From an uncultured Thermoplasmata archaeon (GTDB taxonomy: Archaea; Thermoplasmatota; Thermoplasmata; Lutacidiplasmatales; UBA184), in assembly GCA_963773945.1 (NCBI GenBank), contig CAVZDD010000005.1, forward strand, positions 768,503-832,502: DNA of 64,000 bases, written 5' to 3'. Both the position numbers and the translations under genes were made by a program. This document shows, piece by piece, positions 29,171 through 36,131 of the stretch (within the stretch, counting starts at the first letter, position 1; each line of letters opens with the position of its first letter). The notes below the pieces were generated by a model. That model did not search any database, was not told the origin of the DNA, and saw only the letters and a program-made list of their open reading frames with translations.

Positions 29171-29527
29171 ATGGCACCACGAAGAAAACTGGACCGAAGG
29201 AAGCTCGAGCTGATGGCCGAACGAGTAAGGGACGCGGGGACCGCGGGCGTGCACCGCTCGATCCTGGCGGTGGCCTATGGGATCTCCCCGTCGACGCTGC
29301 GCGTCGAGTACGACGCGGTCCTATTGGACGTCGCGCCCGACCTCTACCGGCACGGCGCGACGTACTACGTCGACTCGGACAAGAGCGCGCAGCTTCTCAA
29401 CGCGCTCGTCCTCGAACGACAGGGGGACGTGGGGGGTGCGTTCGAGATCCGCCAACAGCTCCGCACGGGGCGGGCCCCCGTGACGGTCGGGCAGCGTACC
29501 CTCGACTCCGAGGAGGCGGGCTCGTGA
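29171..29527 (+). CDS. hypothetical protein (element ORF)
   Basis: ATG at 29171 with GGAG 7 nt upstream. 118 aa, MAPRRKLDRRKLELMAERVRDAGTAGV... The basic N-terminus may bind DNA. Confidence 0.5.
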   Translation: MAPRRKLDRRKLELMAERVRDAGTAGVHRSILAVAYGISPSTLRVEYDAVLLDVAPDLYRHGATYYVDSDKSAQLLNALVLERQGDVGGAFEIRQQLRTGRAPVTVGQRTLDSEEAGS

Positions 29528-30048
29528 GCGCCCAATCCGTAACATCCTCTCGGCGGAGGCGTGCAACACTTCGCCGTCGGGTCTGCGAGGCCTGCGGAAT
29601 CGACTTCCGCGCCCGACGAAGGAGCGCCAGGTTCTGCTCCACTCGGTGCAGGGTCAGCTCCATGAGGTGGCGGCGTTCCGACCCACTGCTCCGTTTGATC
29701 GCCGCCGAACGGTTGCTGCGCGAAGCGGCCGCGGCCTTTCGGGCCCGTGTCGACCACGACCCGGGAGATTCCGCTCAGATGAGAGCCGAAGCGAGGTTGG
29801 GGGCGCGAGTCTACCAGCTGGCGCTCGAGGTATGGGTACGATCGGCACACACCGCTGGCATCCCCCTCAGTGACTTAGGCGGCGCGCCCAAAAACAACCC
29901 CGAGCTTCGGGAACTTTGGATCCTGGGAGGCATCCCCTCGGCCCGATTGAGTGAATTTATCCAATTCGTCCAGCGGAGGTGTCTCACTGTCGCTGACAAC
30001 CGATTCAACATGAACCCACTCGGGCCGAAGTGGGAGGCGAGCTCGTGA
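29524..30048 (+). CDS. hypothetical protein with CxxC...CxxC zinc-binding motif (element ORF)
   Basis: GTG start overlaps the upstream stop (GTGA). Contains RRRVCEACGIDFRARRRSARFCSTRC. Confidence 0.45.
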   Translation: MSAQSVTSSRRRRATLRRRVCEACGIDFRARRRSARFCSTRCRVSSMRWRRSDPLLRLIAAERLLREAAAAFRARVDHDPGDSAQMRAEARLGARVYQLALEVWVRSAHTAGIPLSDLGGAPKNNPELRELWILGGIPSARLSEFIQFVQRRCLTVADNRFNMNPLGPKWEASS

Positions 30049-30404
30049 GGCGTCGGGGACCGCCGCGGCGGCGGGGCGACAGGGCGGACTGGAGCGCGCT
30101 CCAACGGGAGCTCTCCAGGACGGAAAGGTCGGTTCGTCGGCTCGGGCCGGTGTTGGACACGCTGGAGGAAAGATACTCTCCCGCGAAGAACGCTCCCAAC
30201 GTGGGAGCGTTCTCTCCCCGACCCGAGACCTACACGGTACAAGTCTGTACCTGGTGCCATCACAGGGCAGCCCACCACCGCCGAGGGGATTGCGACGTGG
30301 AAGACCCAAGGACGTTGACTGGTCGGTGCACGTGCAAAGCCGCCGCGGTACGTGACAAGAACGGGAGCTGGGTCATCGTGGTCCGCCCGAAGGGCCAGCC
30401 ATGA
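30030..30404 (+). CDS. hypothetical protein (element ORF)
   Basis: ORF of 124 aa, basic, with Cys/His cluster CTWCHHRAAHHRRGDC. Start uncertain. Confidence 0.35.
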   Translation: MGGELVRRRGPPRRRGDRADWSALQRELSRTERSVRRLGPVLDTLEERYSPAKNAPNVGAFSPRPETYTVQVCTWCHHRAAHHRRGDCDVEDPRTLTGRCTCKAAAVRDKNGSWVIVVRPKGQP

Positions 30405-30411
30405 AGACCGC

Positions 30412-30606
30412 TCAGGCGAACCGCGCGATCATGTCGCCCCACTTCTGGTTCAGCACGTCGATTCGGTGGAAGAACTCCCCGATGTCGGTCAACATCTTAT
30501 CCCGCTCGACGGGGGACTCGGGGACCTCTATCTCGTTCAGGATGCGCAACATCTCGTCGGCGAGCTCGTTCATCTTCACGACGGGGGAGCTCCCGTTCTC
30601 GGGCAT
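30412..30606 (-). CDS. hypothetical small protein (64 aa, element ORF)
   Basis: ATG..TGA on the reverse strand in a lower-GC patch. MPENGSSPVVKMNELADEMLRILNEIEVPESPVERDKMLTDIGEFF... is acidic and protein-like. Convergent with the upstream + ORF. Confidence 0.4.
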   Translation of the reverse strand: MPENGSSPVVKMNELADEMLRILNEIEVPESPVERDKMLTDIGEFFHRIDVLNQKWGDMIARFA

Positions 30607-30631
30607 GGAGCCCGCGATGGCGGGGATGTAG

Positions 30632-30814
30632 ATGGCGAAGAGGGGGACCAGGTGGACCGTCACGGTCACGTTCGACTTCGATGAGGAGAGCTTCACCTTC
30701 ACGACCGACACCCGCTTGCTGCTCGACCGGCTCAGGCTGCTCCTGGACCACGACGACTTCCCGAACTGCGTGGTGACGATCTCGAAGTGGACGCCCCAGA
30801 ACTTGGACGGGTAG
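30632..30814 (+). CDS. hypothetical small protein (60 aa, element ORF)
   Basis: MAKRGTRWTVTVTFDFDEESFTFTTDTRLLLDRL... with regular codon-3 GC. Confidence 0.4.
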   Translation: MAKRGTRWTVTVTFDFDEESFTFTTDTRLLLDRLRLLLDHDDFPNCVVTISKWTPQNLDG

Positions 30815-30820
30815 TAGCAG

Positions 30821-30970
30821 ATGACGCTGAACGTTCTCAGCAAGGAGCTCCAGGTGGTCGCCGCCAAGCACGGGTACGTCGTCACGAAGCAGTACAACCT
30901 GGTCCGCCTGAACTCGGTCACGGTCTACGTGCGGCTCGACAAGACCCACGCCGGGCTCGTGGAGAAGTAG
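30821..30970 (+). CDS. hypothetical small protein (49 aa, element ORF)
   Basis: MTLNVLSKELQVVAAKHGYVVTKQYNLVRLNSVTVYVRLDKTHAGLVEK. The stop abuts the resolvase start. Confidence 0.4.
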   Translation: MTLNVLSKELQVVAAKHGYVVTKQYNLVRLNSVTVYVRLDKTHAGLVEK

Positions 30971-31567
30971 ATGTTGGAGCCGGCGACCCACGCGAGCCGC
31001 CCGCTCGTCGTGTTCGTGCCGACACGCGCCACGACGGCGCTCCTCTTCCTGAGGTGCAGCACGTCCGAACAGGACTACACGCGACAGCGTGAGGACCTGG
31101 AGCGCGACGCCGCACGGCTCGGTTGGGAAGTCGTCGGCACGATCGGTGCGTACGTCTCGGGCACGTCGAACGAGAACGAGCTCAACGAGCTCCGCGCCCG
31201 GGCGGCCCGGCACGAGTTCGATGTCTGCATGGTGTGGGAGCTCTCCCGGCTGTCCCGGAGAGGCCCGGCGGCCGTTTTCGAGCTCCTGACGCAGCTCGAA
31301 CGATTGGGCACGCGCGTTTGGTCGCACTCCGAGACGTGGCTCGACCAGGACGGCCCTGCGCGTGAGCTCCTGATCTCGGTCTTCAGTTGGTGGGGCGCGA
31401 TGGAGCGCGCGGCCATTTCGGCGCGCACAAAATCCGGCATGGCGTCAAGGAAGGCGCTTGGGATCCACGTCGGTCGGCCGCAGGGCGCGAAGGACCGGCG
31501 GCCCCGCAAACGCCGAGCGACAAGGGGACCCTTCTCCCGGCTTGAGTTCGCGTCGGGGTCTCGATAG
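30971..31567 (+). CDS. serine recombinase (resolvase/invertase catalytic domain)
   Basis: LRCSTSEQ nucleophile-Ser motif near the N-terminus, ELSRLSRR and ERAAISARTKSGMASRKALGIHVGRP motifs of the resolvase catalytic domain. Short basic tail; no obvious C-terminal HTH. Confidence 0.75.
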   Translation: MLEPATHASRPLVVFVPTRATTALLFLRCSTSEQDYTRQREDLERDAARLGWEVVGTIGAYVSGTSNENELNELRARAARHEFDVCMVWELSRLSRRGPAAVFELLTQLERLGTRVWSHSETWLDQDGPARELLISVFSWWGAMERAAISARTKSGMASRKALGIHVGRPQGAKDRRPRKRRATRGPFSRLEFASGSR

Positions 31568-31664
31568 CAAATCGGGGGCAGAGCTGAGGGGTCCCCCTTT
31601 TTGGAGCCCGATTTTCCTACCCCTTTTTCTACGGGTTGGTGCGTGGGCTTGCTTGCTACTACCC

Positions 31665-31970
31665 ATGCGGAGAAAGAACAAGGCGTGTCCTGAGGGCTGC
31701 AATCGCTTATTCAGCGGCCAAGGTCTCGTCGGTCACTTACTTTTTGTTCACAAAATCAAGCTGGTTCGGACGATCCCGACCCCCCCCACCCCCGTGCCAT
31801 TGAGATATGTTCTTCCCGAAGACGAGCCGCGCCTTCACGATGAAATCCGGATGGCAGCGAGGCCGTCGTTCACCTCCGCGCCGGCTTCGCCACCGGCACG
31901 GGCCTCGCCGCCCTCCGTGAGATCACACCGCTTCCCAGTCTCTATCGACTTGGGGGAGGCTCCTCGATGA
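31665..31970 (+). CDS. C2H2-type zinc-finger protein (element ORF)
   Basis: MRRKNKACPEGCNRLFSGQGLVGHLLFVHK gives C-x3-C-x11-H-x4-H with conserved hydrophobics. Pro-rich C-terminus. Lower-GC upstream region. Confidence 0.55.
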   Translation: MRRKNKACPEGCNRLFSGQGLVGHLLFVHKIKLVRTIPTPPTPVPLRYVLPEDEPRLHDEIRMAARPSFTSAPASPPARASPPSVRSHRFPVSIDLGEAPR

Positions 31971-32329
31971 GCGGCACGGAGCTCGCGACGGGCCGAAACC
32001 GCAGGGTGGCAACCTTCTCTCCATCGGCCTTGGAGCAATCCCGCGATCATTTGCTTCAGGGTTTACTCGAACAGGACCGGGTGTTCCTCGAGGCGTGCGC
32101 GCAGACGGGCACCGACCCACGCGCATCCGTGCGTGTAGCCGTAGGGGGGCCTGGGCTCGTCGCGGTCTCAATCAAGCCTGAGTGCGTCGCGAATCTCCTG
32201 CGGTTTGTGCGGAGCGCGCCCCGGCGACTCGAGCTCGATTTCACGGAAGCGCCGGTCTTCGACGACGAGCCCACGCCTTCACTCCCTCCTCCCTCACTGT
32301 CCAAACCAACGGACAAAAACAGGAGTTGA
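31967..32329 (+). CDS. hypothetical protein (element ORF)
   Basis: ATG overlapping the upstream stop (ATGA). 120 aa, no recognisable motifs. Confidence 0.4.
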   Translation: MSGTELATGRNRRVATFSPSALEQSRDHLLQGLLEQDRVFLEACAQTGTDPRASVRVAVGGPGLVAVSIKPECVANLLRFVRSAPRRLELDFTEAPVFDDEPTPSLPPPSLSKPTDKNRS

Positions 32330-32333
32330 AAAC

Positions 32334-32639
32334 ATGGCAAGACTGAGCTACGCCTTTCCCGATGGAGAGTTCGACCGACCGATGGGACCGATGGCGACGC
32401 TGGGCGACCCGCTCCGAAGTGAGCTGTCAATCGGCGCACGCCGGGCGTGGGACAGTCCCACCGGGCAGGCGCGACGCGAGCAACTACGCGCCGCGGCCAG
32501 AGGCCCCGCTGGCGAGATGAGCCGGGCGATCGCGCCGTTCCGGGCCCAGATCTCGAACGCCTTTCGGCGTGTGGGTCCGTCGCTGTCGACCGCCTACCGG
32601 TCGATCTGGAGCGGCTACGGATACGAGAGCCCCTTCTGA
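32334..32639 (+). CDS. hypothetical protein (element ORF)
   Basis: ATG at 32334 with AGGAG upstream. 101 aa, MARLSYAFPDGEFDRPMGPMATLGDPL... Confidence 0.4.
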   Translation: MARLSYAFPDGEFDRPMGPMATLGDPLRSELSIGARRAWDSPTGQARREQLRAAARGPAGEMSRAIAPFRAQISNAFRRVGPSLSTAYRSIWSGYGYESPF

Positions 32640-32671
32640 ACGGAAAGGTGAATCGTAAGGAGGTTCAGAGC

Positions 32672-33070
32672 GTGGGAGCCGGAGGGGTTGTCGCCGGTGG
32701 CCTTGTCGCGGGCGGGATCGTGTACGGAGTGGGACTCCATTTCGGCTGGTGGGAACTACCGACGTGGCTCCAGCCACCGGCCGCGCCGGCCGCGGCGTCG
32801 CAAGCCTCAGCGGAGGGAGCACCGCCGGCGCGATACGGACTGAGGTTCACCCAAGAGGGGCAAACGAACACCGATGTAGGTCCGAGCGCGCGCTACCCCG
32901 GAGCAACTGAGCGCCGCGCAAGGTTCAGCTACGTGCAATCTCCGCCGTTCGTGGTCGAGCCCGAGGGCGCCGCCGCGGCGCGTAGGTCGTTTCAGGCCAT
33001 AGAATCCGGACGGACGAGCCAAGAAAACGCCGTCGTGCTGCGAAGATTATTCGCTACGCCGTTCGGCTGA
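32672..33070 (+). CDS. hypothetical membrane protein (element ORF)
   Basis: GTG start with GGAGG upstream. Gly-rich N-terminal TM helix VGAGGVVAGGLVAGGIVYGVGL. Confidence 0.4.
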   Translation: MGAGGVVAGGLVAGGIVYGVGLHFGWWELPTWLQPPAAPAAASQASAEGAPPARYGLRFTQEGQTNTDVGPSARYPGATERRARFSYVQSPPFVVEPEGAAAARRSFQAIESGRTSQENAVVLRRLFATPFG

Positions 33071-33090
33071 GTGTGGCACATTGTGGCACA
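33071..33090. repeat. tandem 10-bp repeat gtgtggcaca / ttgtggcaca
   Basis: Two adjacent copies, 9/10 identical, directly after the stop of ORF 32672..33070. Confidence 0.5.
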
Positions 33091-33297
33091 ATCACTCGAT
33101 GATCGACAAAGGGGTCGACTTGCACGGGGTCGTCTTCGGCGTCGAGAACGTGGCGCCGGTTGTTCCGGTGAGCTCCGTCGCGGCGCCCCCACCAACGACA
33201 GGTTGATCGGAGCTCTCTCGGAAAACGTATGAACTACTTTCGCTTCCTCGATTCAGTGTCGACTGTCAGCGGCACGGGTGATGCGCCTCGGCGCCTA

Positions 33298-33321
33298 CCC
33301 GCGATTCTGACAGATCGCGGG
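33298..33321. promoter_or_regulatory. perfect 8-bp inverted repeat cccgcgat-N8-atcgcggg immediately upstream of integrase start
   Basis: The repeat lies 12 bp upstream of the TTG at 33333 and is flanked by ggcgcc-tc-ggcgcc. Confidence 0.35.
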
Positions 33322-33332
33322 CGGGCGCCCCC

Positions 33333-34517
33333 TTGACTTCTGAGTTGGTCCGCGGCGTTTCGGGCGAGTTCTGGACCTCGTCCCACGATGGGACCAGGTT
33401 CCGGCTGTGGGTCCCGACCGAAGCAACCCCGGCGCCGACGCCGTCCAAATCCACGCTGGCCTTCGAGACGATCCTGCCCTCACCGTCGTCACTCTCCCGA
33501 CTTGTCGAGGTGAAAACGGCCGGTCCCCCGCCACCTTGTACGCCTTCATGCGCATCACCGACAGAAACAGTTTCATCAACCGTTTCGAGGAAGTTCGTGC
33601 CCTACAAGGAGCGCGGACTGTTCGAGCAGGTAGAGAAGTGGTCACGAGAACAGGGTGGAGACGAGGGAACGGTGGACACCCGGGTCGACCGGGTCCTTCT
33701 GTTCAGCCGCTCGGTCGCCACCCTTGGGTTCCCCCAACCGTACAGCGGGCGCGACGTAACGCGCTCAATGGTGGAGAGGTTCAAACACGACGGGATCTCG
33801 CCGCCGACGCCGCACAACATCCAGCACCATTGCGCCGGGCGGAGGCTCGCCCCGAACAACATTCACAACACGCTGCCCGAGGTTCGGTCTTGGCTAATCT
33901 CGTGCGGCAACCCGCTGGCCGCGGATCGCCGACTCTGGAAGATGGTCGGCCGCGCGCAGTCGCTCTACGTGGACCAGATGAACGAACCACGCGAGCTACG
34001 CGAGTACCTGAACGCGATGGCGCACGACGCGCGCCTCCAGGCGGAGGTCATCCTGATGGGGCCGGTGCAGATCCGTACCGAAGCGGCGCTGCACGTCCCA
34101 CCGGAGAACCTGTCTCTTTCGGCAGACCCAAGAGTGTTGTCGACCGTTCTGGTGTTGGACGAAGTCAAGTTCGGGGAGTCGTACCGGACCGGCGTCCCTC
34201 CGCAGGTCGTCGCGGCGCTGATGAACGCGGTAGTGGGGATGGAGCCGGGCAAGCCCATCTGGAGGACGTCGACGTCCGACTTCCGCCGCAGGTACAAGTG
34301 CGCGATCGCCGCCCGTGGGCTGAAGTACTACGCCCCCCGAGAACTCCGGAGTTCGGTCGCGACGTTCGCGGTGGAGGCAGACGTCCGCCCCCAGGTTCTA
34401 CAGGGGCAGATGAACCACGCCGAGTACGGAACTACGGCGAAGTTCTACGCCAAGGTCCGGCCGAAGACGCGCCTCGTGGACCTGGAGAAGTTGGGCCGCT
34501 ACCTCATGGAGGAGTAG
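33333..34517 (+). CDS. int: tyrosine recombinase / integrase
   Basis: C-terminal PRELRSSVATFAVE...LQGQMNHAEYGTTAKFYAKV gives the R...H-x-x-(E/R)...Y tyrosine-recombinase catalytic pattern. The coding frame was confirmed by codon-3 GC against the two other frames. The N-terminal ~100 aa is low-complexity, so the true start may lie downstream. Confidence 0.8.
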   Translation: MTSELVRGVSGEFWTSSHDGTRFRLWVPTEATPAPTPSKSTLAFETILPSPSSLSRLVEVKTAGPPPPCTPSCASPTETVSSTVSRKFVPYKERGLFEQVEKWSREQGGDEGTVDTRVDRVLLFSRSVATLGFPQPYSGRDVTRSMVERFKHDGISPPTPHNIQHHCAGRRLAPNNIHNTLPEVRSWLISCGNPLAADRRLWKMVGRAQSLYVDQMNEPRELREYLNAMAHDARLQAEVILMGPVQIRTEAALHVPPENLSLSADPRVLSTVLVLDEVKFGESYRTGVPPQVVAALMNAVVGMEPGKPIWRTSTSDFRRRYKCAIAARGLKYYAPRELRSSVATFAVEADVRPQVLQGQMNHAEYGTTAKFYAKVRPKTRLVDLEKLGRYLMEE

Positions 34518-34538
34518 ACCATGCCCGGGCGGCGTCGT

Positions 34539-35186
34539 TCACCTCAACTGAATCAGGTGCGTGCACGTCAGCCCGCCTCGCGTGATCGAATCCTCGAGCT
34601 GCAGGCCCGACTGTCCGAGAAGGGCCTCGGTGAGATTCTTGTCGAAGACCTCGCAGAGCAGGTAGGCGTGGGTCAGTGCGGTGTGCCGGAACACGCAGTT
34701 GGTCCGGTTGATCCGAACCTCTCCGTCCGGCAGCGTCTGAACCTGGGCACGGAAACCGAGCTTGTTGAGGGCGTCCGCCAGCGCGACGATCCGTTCCTCC
34801 CTCGTTCCCTCGGGAGGGATTTCCGCCGCGATCTGACGCGCCATGCGACGGGCGGCCTCGGCGAACAGCGCGGAGGTGTATCCCTCTCCTTCCTGGGCGA
34901 GGAGTTCCTCCATGACGGAGTCGAGCAGGAACTCGTACCGACGGGGAAACAGATCCTGGCCCTGGGAGGTGAGCACGTACCGCTTTTTCGGGCGGCCGAC
35001 GCCTTCGCGATGGAAGGAAGGACTGACGAGGCCCCGATCCTCGAGGCGGTCCAGGTGCCCCCGAACGGCGCTCTCCTGTATTCCGAGGTTACGAGCCAAG
35101 TCGCGCGCGCTGCGGGGGGAGACGGCGAGCGCCTCGATGATCTTGCCGCGGGTGTTGTCGGTCAGCATCAGGTCGCCAGTTGCCAT
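34539..35186 (-). CDS. winged-helix transcriptional regulator with Cys-rich C-terminal domain (SufR-like candidate)
   Basis: N-terminal wHTH (IIEALAVSPRSARDLARNLGIQESAVRGHLDRLEDRGLV). C-terminal CVFRHTALTHAYLLC...GGLTCTH offers 3 Cys plus His ligands. Divergent from sufC. Confidence 0.6.
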   Translation of the reverse strand: MATGDLMLTDNTRGKIIEALAVSPRSARDLARNLGIQESAVRGHLDRLEDRGLVSPSFHREGVGRPKKRYVLTSQGQDLFPRRYEFLLDSVMEELLAQEGEGYTSALFAEAARRMARQIAAEIPPEGTREERIVALADALNKLGFRAQVQTLPDGEVRINRTNCVFRHTALTHAYLLCEVFDKNLTEALLGQSGLQLEDSITRGGLTCTHLIQLR

Positions 35187-35254
35187 CCGTTCGCCTGGCG
35201 GAGAAGAGGGGCCGCGCTATATGGCCTTTCCCGACTTTACACACCACAATATGC

Positions 35255-35261
35255 TTTAATA
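35255..35261 (+). promoter_or_regulatory. putative archaeal TATA box (TTTAATA) upstream of sufC
   Basis: AT-rich heptamer 32 bp upstream of the sufC ATG, in an otherwise GC-rich intergenic region. Confidence 0.35.
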
Positions 35262-35292
35262 GGCGACCGGGCTCGAATCCCTGGGGCCAAAG

Positions 35293-36075
35293 ATGTCGTC
35301 CGCCGGGGCAATTCAGCACACCCTCACGATAACCGACCTGCACGCCGAGATTGCCGGCAAGCAGATCCTGAAGGGCGTGTCGATGGAGGTCAAATCGGGC
35401 GAGCTCGCCGCGATCATGGGCCCCAACGGTTCCGGCAAGAGCACCCTCGCATACTGCCTCATGGGGCACCCGAAGTACAAGGTTACCTCCGGTTCAGTCG
35501 CGCTCGACGGGAAAGACGTCCTGAAGCTGCCGGTCGACCAGCGCGCGAAGCTCGGTCTGTTCCTGGGCTTTCAGTACCCCCAGGAGATCTCGGGGCTGTC
35601 GATGGCCAAGTTCCTCTGGACCTCGTATGCCCAACGTCATCCCGGTCCGGACGTCGACACGACCGCCTTTGACGAGAATCTCACGACGCATCTCGGATAT
35701 TTGGACATGGACAAATCGTGGCTTAAGCGGTCTCTCAACGAAGGCTTCTCCGGGGGCGAGAAGAAGCGGTCCGAAATCCTGCAAATGGCGACCCTCAACC
35801 CGATTTTCGCCGTGCTGGACGAGCCGGATTCGGGGCTTGACATCGACGCGGTCAAGGCTGTGGGCGAGACGGTGTCGAAGGTCCAGAAGGAGAGCCCCGA
35901 AATGGGGATCCTCGTCATCACCCACTACCAGCGGATTCTGAAGTACCTCAACCCCGACAAGGTCCATGTGATGGTCGACGGCGTCGTCGCACTTTCGGGG
36001 GGCCGCGAGCTGGCCCTAGAGCTCGAGGCCCGCGGTTATGATTGGGTGAAGCCCCCCGCGACCCCCTCGGCCTAG
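35293..36075 (+). CDS. sufC: Fe-S cluster assembly ATPase SufC
   Basis: GPNGSGKST Walker A, LSGGEKKR, ILDEPDSGLD, and the canonical SufC length. Confidence 0.9.
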   Translation: MSSAGAIQHTLTITDLHAEIAGKQILKGVSMEVKSGELAAIMGPNGSGKSTLAYCLMGHPKYKVTSGSVALDGKDVLKLPVDQRAKLGLFLGFQYPQEISGLSMAKFLWTSYAQRHPGPDVDTTAFDENLTTHLGYLDMDKSWLKRSLNEGFSGGEKKRSEILQMATLNPIFAVLDEPDSGLDIDAVKAVGETVSKVQKESPEMGILVITHYQRILKYLNPDKVHVMVDGVVALSGGRELALELEARGYDWVKPPATPSA

Positions 36076-36131
36076 GGAGCACCGGCGACCCAACTCGGGA
36101 ACCAGGGGCGTCCGAGGATTCGAACCTGTCC

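Larger units (their letters stand above)
28847..34517. mobile_element. putative integrated element (integrase + resolvase + small ORFans); boundaries approximate
   Basis: Contiguous run of short same-strand ORFs without housekeeping similarity. It holds a tyrosine integrase at the right end, a serine recombinase and a C2H2 zinc finger. Lower-GC patches lie at 28850-29160, 30410-30970 and 31570-31800, with repeat/palindrome-rich intergenic DNA at the left end. Flanked by core genes (cysM, suf). Confidence 0.55.

Noticed and set aside
33407-34585. 392-aa alternate-frame ORF overlapping the integrase
   Set aside because: Translating all three frames showed that only the 33333 frame has coding-like codon-3 GC and recombinase motifs. 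This frame is R/G/P-rich nonsense.
35268-35283. 12-nt identity 'aatccctggggc' shared with 29008-29019, considered as att direct repeats of the element
   Set aside because: Many chance 12-mer matches are expected in 64 kb of GC-biased sequence. The identity does not extend, and the right copy lies in the sufC promoter, which would place the regulator gene inside the element without support.
36100-36125. ggattcgaacc (reverse complement of the tRNA T-loop consensus GGTTCGAATCC), considered as a reverse-strand tRNA
   Set aside because: It lies within the sufC/sufS coding junction (codons ...EDSNLSMDV...). Flanking bases do not form T-stem or acceptor pairing.
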